A stretch of 32,000 nucleotides of DNA. It comes from Nostoc sp. PCC 7120 = FACHB-418. GTDB lineage: Bacteria > Cyanobacteriota > Cyanobacteriia > Cyanobacteriales > Nostocaceae. The position numbers and the translations under genes are program-made. Numbering within the stretch: position 1 is the stretch's first letter; each line of letters begins with the position of its first letter. The notes under the pieces were generated by a model. That model had not been told where the DNA came from. It saw only the letters and a list, made by a program, of their open reading frames with translations, and did not search any database. The stretch covers positions 3,900,001 to 3,932,000 of the forward strand of contig NC_003272.1 in NCBI RefSeq assembly GCF_000009705.1. Direction: 5' to 3'. Positions 17,068 through 25,958 of this stretch are shown in pieces.

Positions 17068-17955
17068 ATGAATAAACATCTGATATTATGGGCGATGTCT
17101 TTTTTGGTGACTGTTAATTTATGGGGTTGTGCAAATAATCCAAATAACTCTACAGCCACAGATACAAAACAGGCTGCATCGCAACCAATCAAATTAGCAA
17201 CCAGGGTAGTAGCATTGACACCGTTAGGTGCAGATTTAATCTACAACTTGGATAAAAGCAAACTATTGGCTGTTCCGGCTGGCAGATATACCGATGTAGT
17301 GGCTAAAGCTAAATTTGCTCAATTACCGAGAATTGGCGGGAGGGGTAACATTAACTTAGAAAAAATTGTGGCTTTAAAACCAGATTTAGTCATTGGTTCA
17401 GAAACATTTCAAGGTCAGATTTTAAATAAACTCAAGGAATTAGGAATTAACACAGTTTCTCATGAAACGAGGAGTTGGCAAGATTTGAAAACTTTGACAG
17501 AAGATTTAGCTGGACGTATCGGTGCTGACCCGAAACCAATTTTAGATAAATACCAATCCTTTATAGCTCAAATTCCCGAAAATGGTAAATCTGTTTTAGT
17601 ATTAGTTAGTACTCAGCCAACCTTATCCCCTAATAGAAATAGTTGGTCTGGTGATTTATTAGAAAAATTTCAATACAAAAATGTCACAGGGGATTTACAA
17701 GCTAATACTAGATTTCAAGGTTATTTAACTCTCTCACAAGAGCAAATATTGGCTACTAATCCAGAGAAAATATTTATCATGGAATCTGATAATGTGAATC
17801 CAGATGATTTTAAAAAACTACCTTTTTGGAATCAACTAAAAGCAACACAAAATAACCAAGTCTACATTTTCCATCATGATGGTTTAATTAGTCCTACTAG
17901 TGTGAATACAGTAGAAGAGGTGACTAATAAATTACGTCAGACAGCATTGAATTAG
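17068..17955 (+). CDS. Periplasmic binding lipoprotein of the iron-chelate/heme ABC transporter (FecB/HmuT/BtuF fold class)
   Basis: Lipobox 'NLWGC'. 'RVVALTPLGADLIY', 'LKPDLVIGS', 'NPEKIFI'. I prefer ATG 17068 to the TTG 17044 start in the track, which overlaps the receptor gene. Confidence 0.85.
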   Translation: MNKHLILWAMSFLVTVNLWGCANNPNNSTATDTKQAASQPIKLATRVVALTPLGADLIYNLDKSKLLAVPAGRYTDVVAKAKFAQLPRIGGRGNINLEKIVALKPDLVIGSETFQGQILNKLKELGINTVSHETRSWQDLKTLTEDLAGRIGADPKPILDKYQSFIAQIPENGKSVLVLVSTQPTLSPNRNSWSGDLLEKFQYKNVTGDLQANTRFQGYLTLSQEQILATNPEKIFIMESDNVNPDDFKKLPFWNQLKATQNNQVYIFHHDGLISPTSVNTVEEVTNKLRQTALN

Positions 17956-17997
17956 GGACTAAGCTTATTCTGCTTTTAAGTTGCAAAATCCATCGTG

Positions 17998-18022
17998 AGG
18001 GCTGTTGACCGTTGACAGCCCT
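17998..18022 (+). terminator. Hairpin downstream of the binding-protein gene
   Basis: 'agggctgt' / 'acagccct' form an 8-bp stem with a 9-nt loop (STRR3-like core). It is followed by 'tatt' only, with no strong U-tract. Confidence 0.35.
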
Positions 18023-18110
18023 TATTAGCCGTTATGCAATTTAGGCGCGCCTTAGCTGAGTACCACAAGTCAGAATAGCCTAAGGCGTAGCAATGGTCTG
18101 TTTTTTACTA

Positions 18111-18133
18111 TTACCAATTACCAATTACCAATC
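18111..18133. repeat. Tandem heptamer ACCAATT (2 perfect copies plus 1 imperfect)
   Basis: The same unit as at 7278-7305. It lies 21 nt beyond the stop of the metK-like gene. Confidence 0.8.
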
Positions 18134-18153
18134 CCCGCAGATATCCTGAAATT

Positions 18154-19338
18154 TTAAAACAAACCTACCTTATCTATTTTTTCCCAAGGTAAATCGATAT
18201 CCTGTCTACCTACATGACCATAAGCCGCTAGTTTTCTATAAAATCCCCCTTTAGTTAATGAGGGTAGATGTCTTAAATTAAATTGTTTCAGAATACCTGC
18301 TAAACGAAAATCAAAGTGCTTTTCTAATAAGACGGTGATATCTTCATCTGAGATTTTACCTGTTCCAAAAGTTTCTACTTGGACGCTTACAGGTCTAGCC
18401 AGTCCGATAGAATAACTTAGTTGTACTTCACATTCATCAGCTAAGTTTGCAGCGACTACATTTTTAGCAGCATAACGGGCGACATAAGCACCTACTCTAT
18501 CTATTCTGATGGGGTCTTTACCACTTAAAGCCGAACCACTGTGTTTGGAATATTCACCATAGGTATCTATGGCGTTTTTTCTCCCAGTTAAACCAGAATG
18601 TACCGCCGGGCCGCCAACTATAAAAGGGCCATCGGGATTAATAAATATTCTAGTTTTTTCATCTGGTTTAATTTCTTCATCAGCAAATACAGGATAAATT
18701 ACGGTTTCTCTAATATCATCTTGTAATTGCTTTAAGTCTGGTTTTCCCGGTTTATTTTGGCTGGCAATTACTGTAATACTATGGATTCTATAGGGTAGGC
18801 GATTTTTATATTCAACACCTACTTGAGTTTTGCCATCAGGAGTTAAGTAACTTAAAAGATTTTGTCTTCTAACTTCACTAATTTGTCTAGCTAATTTGTG
18901 TGCCAACCAGATTGGTAATGGCATGAGGGTAGAGGTTTGATGACAGGCAAAGCCGAAGACTGTGGCTTGGTTGGTAACAGTAATTTGTTCTATTTCTGCA
19001 TCTGATAGTTTGTGTTCATTAAATAAGTGATATGGATCAGGAGGCAATTCTTTTAGGCTGGTCAATATACTACAATTTTTACCGTTAAATTCCATTTGTT
19101 CATAACCAACCTGATCAATAACTTGTCTGGCTATGTTTGTAAAATCAACATTAGTATTAGGTTCAAATCTGGCGGCTATAAATACAATACCTGTGGATGC
19201 AGCGCATTCGGTAATGACTCTAGCGTAGGGGTCTTGTTGTAAAAAGCGATCAACGATCGCATCACTAATCTGATCACACAGTTTATCAGGATGCCCCTCA
19301 GTTACAGATTCAGATGTAAACATGAAATCTTTTTTCAT
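18154..19338 (-). CDS. metK: S-adenosylmethionine synthetase family protein, divergent paralog
   Basis: 394 aa. 'FTSESVTEGHPDKLCDQISDAIVD', 'TPDGKTQV', 'GLTGRK', 'SGKDP..IDR', 'AAYGHVGR' match MetK. The universal 'GAGDQG' is replaced by 'TVTNQA' and 'GGPMGD' by 'GGPAVH'. Confidence 0.85.
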   Translation of the reverse strand: MKKDFMFTSESVTEGHPDKLCDQISDAIVDRFLQQDPYARVITECAASTGIVFIAARFEPNTNVDFTNIARQVIDQVGYEQMEFNGKNCSILTSLKELPPDPYHLFNEHKLSDAEIEQITVTNQATVFGFACHQTSTLMPLPIWLAHKLARQISEVRRQNLLSYLTPDGKTQVGVEYKNRLPYRIHSITVIASQNKPGKPDLKQLQDDIRETVIYPVFADEEIKPDEKTRIFINPDGPFIVGGPAVHSGLTGRKNAIDTYGEYSKHSGSALSGKDPIRIDRVGAYVARYAAKNVVAANLADECEVQLSYSIGLARPVSVQVETFGTGKISDEDITVLLEKHFDFRLAGILKQFNLRHLPSLTKGGFYRKLAAYGHVGRQDIDLPWEKIDKVGLF

Positions 19339-19348
19339 AATTCACCTT

Positions 19349-19390
19349 GGGGATTGGGGATTGGGTACTAGGGATTAGGGACTGGGGAAT
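19349..19390. repeat. STRR1-type heptamer array (GGGGATT/AGGGACT..., complement of CCCCAGT-like units)
   Basis: Six consecutive heptamer units. The array spans the ATPase stop codon and the 36-nt ATPase/metK-like spacer. Confidence 0.75.
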
Positions 19391-22362
19391 ATCATCTTGC
19401 TTGCGCCAGTATTTTTGGTTGCTTCATTCACAATCAGAGGTAGTAAGGCACTACCACCAATTACCGCACCATCAACCAGATTAATGGGGGTAATCTTTAA
19501 TAAAGTTCTTAGGGGTGGGACAGCTACAGCGAGTAGTTGCAGGGCAAAAGAACCAGTGACCGCCGCAGTTAGGTAAGGATTATGTGGGAGTTTTTCGGAA
19601 CTAAATATGCTGTGTTTTTCGGAACGGCTACTAATTGTGTGTAGTAGTTGGGCTGTGGTTAGACCCATGAAAGCAATGGTGCTGGCTTGGGGACTGATAC
19701 CATATTTGAGGATGCCGTAACTGTATGCGGCTAGGGTACTTGCAGATATGGTGGCGGACTCAAAAGTGATTCTGCCAAAATCGGATTTTTTGATAATTGG
19801 TTCTGTTGGGTTGCGGGGTGGTTGACTTAATACCTCTGGTTCTGGCGCTTCCATCGCTAAGGATAAACCAGGGAAGATATCTGTAACTAAATTCAACCAA
19901 AGTAATTGAATTGCATTCAAGGGTTCGCCAATACCTACGGCGGTGGCGGTGGTCATGACCATGATTTCGCTGAGGTTGGTCGCTAGGAGGAAATGCACAG
20001 ATTTACGGATGTTGTTGTATATCGTTCGTCCCCGACTGACAGCGATAATCATGGTTTCCAGTCTGTCGTCTTCCAGGACGATATCTGCTACCTCACGGGC
20101 GACATCGGTTCCCCCTTTACCCATTGCCACCCCAACTTGGGCAGCTTTTAAGGCGGGGGCATCGTTAATGCCATCACCGGTCATGGCGACGACTTTACCT
20201 GCACCTTGCAAAGCTTGGACTACTTGCAGTTTATTACTGGGACTGATACGGGCAAATACATCTACTTTGTCGCTGAGGGCGGTTAAGGCTTCTGGGGTGA
20301 GGTTGTTGAGGTTGGTGGAGTCGAGAATTTCAAGTTGGGTATGACGGTTCAATTCTAATTCTTTAGCGATCGCATAAGCTGTTGGGCTTTGATCACCGGT
20401 TATCATGACGGTATCAATGCCGGCGTGATGGAAGTCGGCAATTAATGCTTTTGCACCCCTTCTAATTGGGTCTGCCATCCCTACTAAACCCAACCAAATC
20501 AGGTCTGTTTCATGGTTGCCGTTGTGGGATTCATCTATATGGTTGTAGGCTACACCCAACACCCGCAAAGCTTTACCCGCCATACGGTCATTTTCTATTT
20601 CCAGCATTTGTCGGTCTGCATCGGTTAAAGGCACTACCTGCCCATCCTTCATCCACCCTTGGCACATCTGCACCACTTCGCCGGGACTACCTTTAACAGC
20701 GACAAATTTATGTCCATTATGAGTCTCGTGGATGGTACTCATAATATTGCGGTTTTCCGATCGCAGATTCGTTTGTAGTAAAGGATACTTATCTTTTAGG
20801 GCGATCGCATCTACCCCCGCCGCAATTCCCATGTAAATTAAGGCGTTTTCTGTCGCTGAACCTGTGACTACATACTCACCATCGTCTCGACTCACTTCAC
20901 TTTCATTGCAGAGAACCGAGACATGAATCAGCTTTAACAGTTCATCGTACATATAGGGGTTAATATTTTCTCCCCCGGCGATGAACTCCCCATCTGTAAC
21001 TTTAATTTCCCGCGTGTTGGTGTGAATTTCTACCACCGACATTTTATTTTCCGTAATTGTCCCGGTTTTATCCAGGCAAATTGTCTGCACAGAACCCAAA
21101 GCCTCCACCGCACTCAAACTACGGACAAGGACTTTGTTTCGCCGCATATCACGGATACCCAAGGCTAAGGTTGTGGTGGCAATTGTCGGTAAACCTTCAG
21201 GAACAGCCGCTACAGCCAAAGATATGGATGATTTCAACATCTGCACTAAACCATATCCCCGCAGCACTCCCATACCAAACACCAGACCACAAAGACCCAT
21301 CCCAATGACTACCAATTGGCTACCCACCTGGTCTAGTTGTCTGGCCAGGGGTGTTTCTGTCGCATTGGCTGTACCTACCAGAGTTTGGATGTGTCCCATT
21401 TCCGTAAATTGTCCAGTGGCTACAACCGCCGCCAATCCTTGACCACCGGTGATATAAGTTCCCCTGTAAATCATATTTAGGCGATCGCCTAATGGTACAT
21501 CCTCACCTGTCAAAAATGCCGTATTTTTACTGGCAGGGAGACTTTCACCAGTTAAAGCCGATTCATCAATACTTAAATTATCCGCCTCAATCAGTCTGGC
21601 ATCTGCCGCTACATAGCTACCTGGTTTGAGAATTAAAACATCGCCCACAACTACATTTTCTACAGGAATTTCTTGCGCCTTGCCATCTCGCATCACCCAA
21701 GCTGACGTTTGTTCTTGGTGCTTGAGAGAGTGGATGATGCGTTCTGACTGAGTTTCTGTAGCGTAGCCAATCACAGCATTTACACCAACCACACCTAAAA
21801 TAACTACAGCATCAATCAACCCTCCAGTAAAAACCGATACACCAGCCGCCACACCCAGCAAAGCTACAGGTAAAGACTTGAACTGGTCAACTAAGATGCT
21901 GAAACTAGAACGTATCTCCGTTTCCGAAAGGATATTCGCCCCATATATACTCAAATTAGCGGCGGCAGACTCACTGGATAACCCTGATGCAGAGGTGTTG
22001 AAGGTATCCACAACCGTGCTGGCTGGCATAAGATGCCAATTCTCACTTCTTTGCTGTTTAACACCACTTATTTGTTTGGATTTCTTAATAATTTTGTTAG
22101 ATTTAAATGGCTGAACTTGCTGATGAATTTTCCGGTAATTTAATATAACTTGATCAATTAAATTGGCAATCTGCTTGTAATTATATTTTGGCGAAAACAA
22201 TACAAGCACATTACCTGTGGAGATATTAGCAGAAACATTAATTATTTCTGGTTGATTGACAAGCGATCGCTCCAAATATTCCTTGAGAGACAGTGAATGA
22301 TAAAGTTCTTTTACCTTATATCTCGCTCTCCCTTTGACCCCAGTATGTATTGCTTGAATCAC
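19375..22362 (-). CDS. P2-type cation-transporting ATPase (Ca2+/PacL-like) with an extra N-terminal domain
   Basis: 995 aa. 'LTGES', TM4 'PEGLP', phosphorylation site 'DKTGTITENKM', 'MITGDQ', 'TGDGINDAPALK'. GTG start at 22362 with 'aggag' 11 nt upstream. Confidence 0.9.
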   Translation of the reverse strand: MIQAIHTGVKGRARYKVKELYHSLSLKEYLERSLVNQPEIINVSANISTGNVLVLFSPKYNYKQIANLIDQVILNYRKIHQQVQPFKSNKIIKKSKQISGVKQQRSENWHLMPASTVVDTFNTSASGLSSESAAANLSIYGANILSETEIRSSFSILVDQFKSLPVALLGVAAGVSVFTGGLIDAVVILGVVGVNAVIGYATETQSERIIHSLKHQEQTSAWVMRDGKAQEIPVENVVVGDVLILKPGSYVAADARLIEADNLSIDESALTGESLPASKNTAFLTGEDVPLGDRLNMIYRGTYITGGQGLAAVVATGQFTEMGHIQTLVGTANATETPLARQLDQVGSQLVVIGMGLCGLVFGMGVLRGYGLVQMLKSSISLAVAAVPEGLPTIATTTLALGIRDMRRNKVLVRSLSAVEALGSVQTICLDKTGTITENKMSVVEIHTNTREIKVTDGEFIAGGENINPYMYDELLKLIHVSVLCNESEVSRDDGEYVVTGSATENALIYMGIAAGVDAIALKDKYPLLQTNLRSENRNIMSTIHETHNGHKFVAVKGSPGEVVQMCQGWMKDGQVVPLTDADRQMLEIENDRMAGKALRVLGVAYNHIDESHNGNHETDLIWLGLVGMADPIRRGAKALIADFHHAGIDTVMITGDQSPTAYAIAKELELNRHTQLEILDSTNLNNLTPEALTALSDKVDVFARISPSNKLQVVQALQGAGKVVAMTGDGINDAPALKAAQVGVAMGKGGTDVAREVADIVLEDDRLETMIIAVSRGRTIYNNIRKSVHFLLATNLSEIMVMTTATAVGIGEPLNAIQLLWLNLVTDIFPGLSLAMEAPEPEVLSQPPRNPTEPIIKKSDFGRITFESATISASTLAAYSYGILKYGISPQASTIAFMGLTTAQLLHTISSRSEKHSIFSSEKLPHNPYLTAAVTGSFALQLLAVAVPPLRTLLKITPINLVDGAVIGGSALLPLIVNEATKNTGASKMIFPSP

Positions 22363-23023
22363 AGCAATCTCTACTCCTGTAACGCCCTGAACAAGTGCAA
22401 TCTTTGATATGTAGCCCCTTCTGATTAATTATAGTTATTAAGCATACTCTTTTTGATAACAGCAACTGTTAAGACTTCCAAATTTATATTTTCAATCCAT
22501 GAACAAGGAATTAAACTCCACCTATCCCAGAGCCACTCTGTCTTGAAAAGTTCTGATGTCTGAGGCATCAGACTTTTCGCTGCGTTTAAAATTCGACCCT
22601 CCAGCCATAACCTAATATTCACATTTAGATTAAGTTTTATAAAACCATCAAAAACAAAAGTATACTCAAGATTGTGATCAAAGTTGTGACATCTGATGGT
22701 GGTTTCAGTCTATCTGTCATCAAGCTTTAATCATCTAGAACGGTACTTAAATAAACCACTGTTTCCATCAGCCTAAAGTTATAGAGTCAACTTCATAGAT
22801 ATTAAATAGTAGTTTCTTTCATCTCCAGCGAAATTAGGCATTGTCTGCGTATCACGATTGTTTTCTATAAACAAGTAACTAAAGAAAGATAATTACTGGT
22901 TAATTCTTGACTAAATTATCCCTTGAGTTTGAAATAATTATTAAAGAAAAATGCTACTACTAGTAAGTGGCTTTAAAGCTCAGAAATCATAAAAAACACA
23001 GACAACATAGAGTAATTAAATAG

Positions 23024-23482
23024 ATGACAACTTCTACAGATCGTAATCAACAAGTTCAACAGTTAAAAGAACTCATTGCAGACATGGATTACGCCATGTT
23101 AACTACTGTCGATGATGATGGTAGTTTGCACAGTCGCCCGATGTACTTCAATGGTGATATTGATGCTGAAGGTACACTCTGGTTTTTTACCTCAGCCAGT
23201 TCTCACAAAGTCTTGGAAATTGAACACCGTCAACAGGTGAATGTGAATTTCTCATCACCAAATCAGCAAAGCTTTATTTCTATTTCAGCTACAGCAGAAC
23301 TAGTAAAAGAACGTCAGAAAATTCAAGCACGATGGAAATCAGAATTGGAAACTTGGTTCCCTCAAGGATTAAATGAACCAGATATTGCTTTGCTAAAAGT
23401 GAATATCAAAAGAGTTGATTACTGGGATGACCAGTCTAATTTTCATGCAAAAAGTATGAGTGGTCTAGGAGAAAACATTTAA
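23024..23482 (+). CDS. Pyridoxamine 5'-phosphate oxidase-family FMN-binding protein (general stress protein 26-like)
   Basis: 152 aa. '...YAMLTTVDDDGSLHSRPM...WFFT...S.K...I.....V' and 'ALLKV....VDYWD' fit the pattern. Confidence 0.75.
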   Translation: MTTSTDRNQQVQQLKELIADMDYAMLTTVDDDGSLHSRPMYFNGDIDAEGTLWFFTSASSHKVLEIEHRQQVNVNFSSPNQQSFISISATAELVKERQKIQARWKSELETWFPQGLNEPDIALLKVNIKRVDYWDDQSNFHAKSMSGLGENI

Positions 23483-23727
23483 TCAACCAAGCCCTAGCTG
23501 AGGGTAACCAATGACCAACGTCAACCCTTTTGGCAGTTTCTCATGGGGGAGATACCACGCGAACACCAACGCAGTGCGTCTCCTACCTATATTTAATAAA
23601 TTAAGTAATTAATCCTATATTTTAACTAAACTCATGCCCATAACTTTGCGCTAAACTTAGATATATTGGCATAAAAATCTCTGGCAGTAAGTCTTCTCGT
23701 TAAATACCTTTGTTTACTCCAGAAACC

Positions 23728-24066
23728 ATGTCTCAAGAACATGACGAATCAATCGAGATTCAGCAATTAGCCAGCCTGAAACCAACACACTTTGCTGATT
23801 TAATAAGAACAGCACAATTGGTTTTTGATCCAGCCAGTGGAGTATCAGGCAGATACGTAGAAGTAGACTGGCAAGAATTCGGCATGAGCGATAACGTAGC
23901 AGCGAATCTCAAATCGCTCGGTGAGCAATATCGCTACGCTTCACCAGGTATTTCCAGTGAAATAGTTTGGAGTCAACTAACTCCAGAAACTCGGACATGG
24001 TTTATCAAAAATAAAGATGAATTGTGGAAGTTTGAAGAAATCTTTCCAGCTTTAGACGAAGACTAA
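23728..24066 (+). CDS. Hypothetical protein
   Basis: 112 aa from ATG 23728 (the track ORF starts at TTG 23710). No family recognised. A strong terminator follows, which supports a real gene. Confidence 0.55.
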   Translation: MSQEHDESIEIQQLASLKPTHFADLIRTAQLVFDPASGVSGRYVEVDWQEFGMSDNVAANLKSLGEQYRYASPGISSEIVWSQLTPETRTWFIKNKDELWKFEEIFPALDED

Positions 24067-24101
24067 ACATCTTTTATAGTTCTTGACAGTAATATCAACA
24101 G

Positions 24102-24137
24102 ACACAGGGACACAATATATTGTGTCCCTGTGTTTTG
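24102..24137 (+). terminator. Rho-independent terminator
   Basis: Perfect 16-nt inverted repeat 'acacagggacacaata'/'tattgtgtccctgtgt', followed by 'ttt'. Confidence 0.8.
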
Positions 24138-24417
24138 GATCTGGTTTGATACCTTCCTTGTCAGTGGAGTTTTTTATGCGCCCAGGCTACGTCAACAAGA
24201 ATCAAAACAGATGCTTATAGCCAAGATGATGTTATCCAAGGATATATAAACTAATATTAATTAATGCTGCATTTTCTTTTTTAATTGTGTTATGAAATAC
24301 AGATTTTATACTTAGCTTTGTAGCATTTGCCCATTCTCAGCCATAGGTTTATCTCTAAACGTCAGTATTTCCGCAGTCGTCGCACCATTGTTAAGATAAT
24401 TTAAGAAACCCCTGTCA

Positions 24418-25622
24418 ATGAATCAAAGTTTAAGTATTAGTCCTACCCAGAAGGAAGCCACTAACGCCAGTCCTCTCATTGCCAAATTGCAGTTAATTGT
24501 CAAGCAAATTATCGTCCTCAGTACAGAAATGCTGCTAGCATTACCTCTGGGTTGGGCATTAACAAAGTTGCATTTTGGCGGAATTGCTTGGATATTTGGG
24601 GGAATTGCCGCCGGGACAGTAGTTTTGCAAGGATGTCGAGTTTTTTATAACTACTCTCCCCAGCCTAATCGCGTCGCCAGAAAAGTAGGAATGGGACTAG
24701 TGGGACTGACGGTTGGTGCATCAAACGCCAATATTAATCTAGATAGTCTTGTTTCGGGAATTCCTATATTTATTTTTCTCACCTTATTCTTGCTGTTATC
24801 TGGTATTGGCATTGGCTATATCTACTCCCGCTTAAGTAAAACCAACATATTAACAGCCATGTTGGCTACAGTTCCCGGTGGTGTAGGCGTAATGTCATCG
24901 ATCGCCGCCGATTATAATCGTAATGTCACGCTAGTAGCATTAGTACAAGCGATTCGCGTTACTTCCGTAGTCCTACTCATTCCCTTCGTTGCCAGAACAT
25001 CCGTTGGTGGTTACTTGAATTCACCCACACTTCCAGTTAAAGGCGTGTTAATCGATTTTGCCGCATCACAACTAGGATTATTGGCAGTGGTGCTGGTACT
25101 CACAGGAATCATTGTTTATCTAGCAATAACATTCAAGATTCCGGCCGGAGAGTTTTTTGGTGCATTAGTTCTGGGTGCAACATTCAACTCTTTGCTAGAT
25201 CACTTACCTTTTGTCAGTGATATTCACTTCCATCCGCCACTATTGGTGAATATTATCGGTCAAATGTTGCTAGGAATCACCATTGGTGAATATTGGGGGG
25301 AAAAACCTAATTTTGGCAAAAAACCGTAGGTTACGCCTTGATGTCTGTATTCATGACCTTGGTTGCCGGAGCGATCGCTGCTACTCTAGCTATGCAGTTA
25401 TCCTCATGGGACTGGTTGACTTGTTTGTTAGTCACAGCGCCAGGCGGATCAGCAGAAATGATACTAGTTTCCTTAACCTTAAATCATAATGTGGAAGTCG
25501 TCACAACAGGTCATTTAGTCAGGCTGATTGCCATTAACAGTTCTTTACCATTGTGGCTATTTTTATTCCGTCGTTTTGATGGATTACGGGAAGCTAAAGC
25601 TACAAAATACAACATTAAATAA
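24418..25622 (+). pseudogene. AbrB-family (PF05145-like, duplicated) membrane protein interrupted by a frameshift
   Basis: ORF 24418-25329 holds repeat 1 ('LATVPGGVGVMSSIAADYNRNV.LVA.VQ..R') and the start of repeat 2. ORF 25338-25622, in another frame, holds the end of repeat 2 ('LVTAPGGSAEMILVSLTLNHNVEVV...HL.R'). The frames rejoin if the A6 run at 25318-25323 were A7. Confidence 0.7.
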
Positions 25623-25727
25623 TTGTTTACTGAGGATTCAGCACTCATTACTATTTCCTCCTTTGGCTAATACCATCTATACTATGTACTTAAAATTTGA
25701 TAATCAAATTTAAGTAGACGCAAAGTT

Positions 25728-25937
25728 ATGATTTCTCATGATAGGGATGCAACTTCCGTTGTAAATCAACTGCTGCGACAAATCAAAATTAAGGAAAATC
25801 AACTGAAAATTGCCCAAGACTCTAATATGCTCTATGTAGCTCAAGCATTAGAGACACAGTTGCTAGAATTGCGATCGCAATTATCGGAACCGCCAGACCT
25901 GGAATTTCAAGCATTGATGAGTTTATTAGACGATTAA
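25728..25937 (+). CDS. Small hypothetical coiled-coil protein
   Basis: 69-aa ORF with heptad-like helical sequence. No family recognised. It lies 21 nt upstream of the DUF1838 gene. Confidence 0.4.
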   Translation: MISHDRDATSVVNQLLRQIKIKENQLKIAQDSNMLYVAQALETQLLELRSQLSEPPDLEFQALMSLLDD

Positions 25938-25958
25938 ATTTAGTGGTTAAACAAGTTA

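Noticed and set aside
18040-18110. GGCGCGCC palindrome and 'gccttag...ctaaggc' stem between the binding-protein and metK-like genes, considered as a possible structured RNA.
   Set aside because: The stems are short and interrupted. This is most simply a bidirectional terminator region between convergent genes.
19943-21442. Several 75-133-aa plus-strand ORFs antisense to the P-type ATPase. Similar antisense or alternate-frame ORFs lie inside rsmA, trpE(G), the permease, the ABC ATPase, the receptor, DUF1838, the SDR and the pentapeptide gene.
   Set aside because: They are shadows inside well-supported genes. Their composition is Pro/Arg/Ser-rich or otherwise odd, typical of non-coding frames.
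22380-22393. GTA-N8-AAC (NtcA-like) motif near the ATPase start.
   Set aside because: An imperfect half-site located only about 20-30 nt from the start codon, which is the wrong position for a promoter element.
22425-22622. 65-aa minus-strand ORF upstream of the ATPase.
   Set aside because: No SD or motifs, and it spans the hairpin at 22552-22572. More likely leader or non-coding sequence.
25283-25713. Track ORFs 25283-25489 and 25528-25713.
   Set aside because: These are alternative frames across the AbrB-family frameshift region and its 3' flank. The AbrB-like frames explain the region better.
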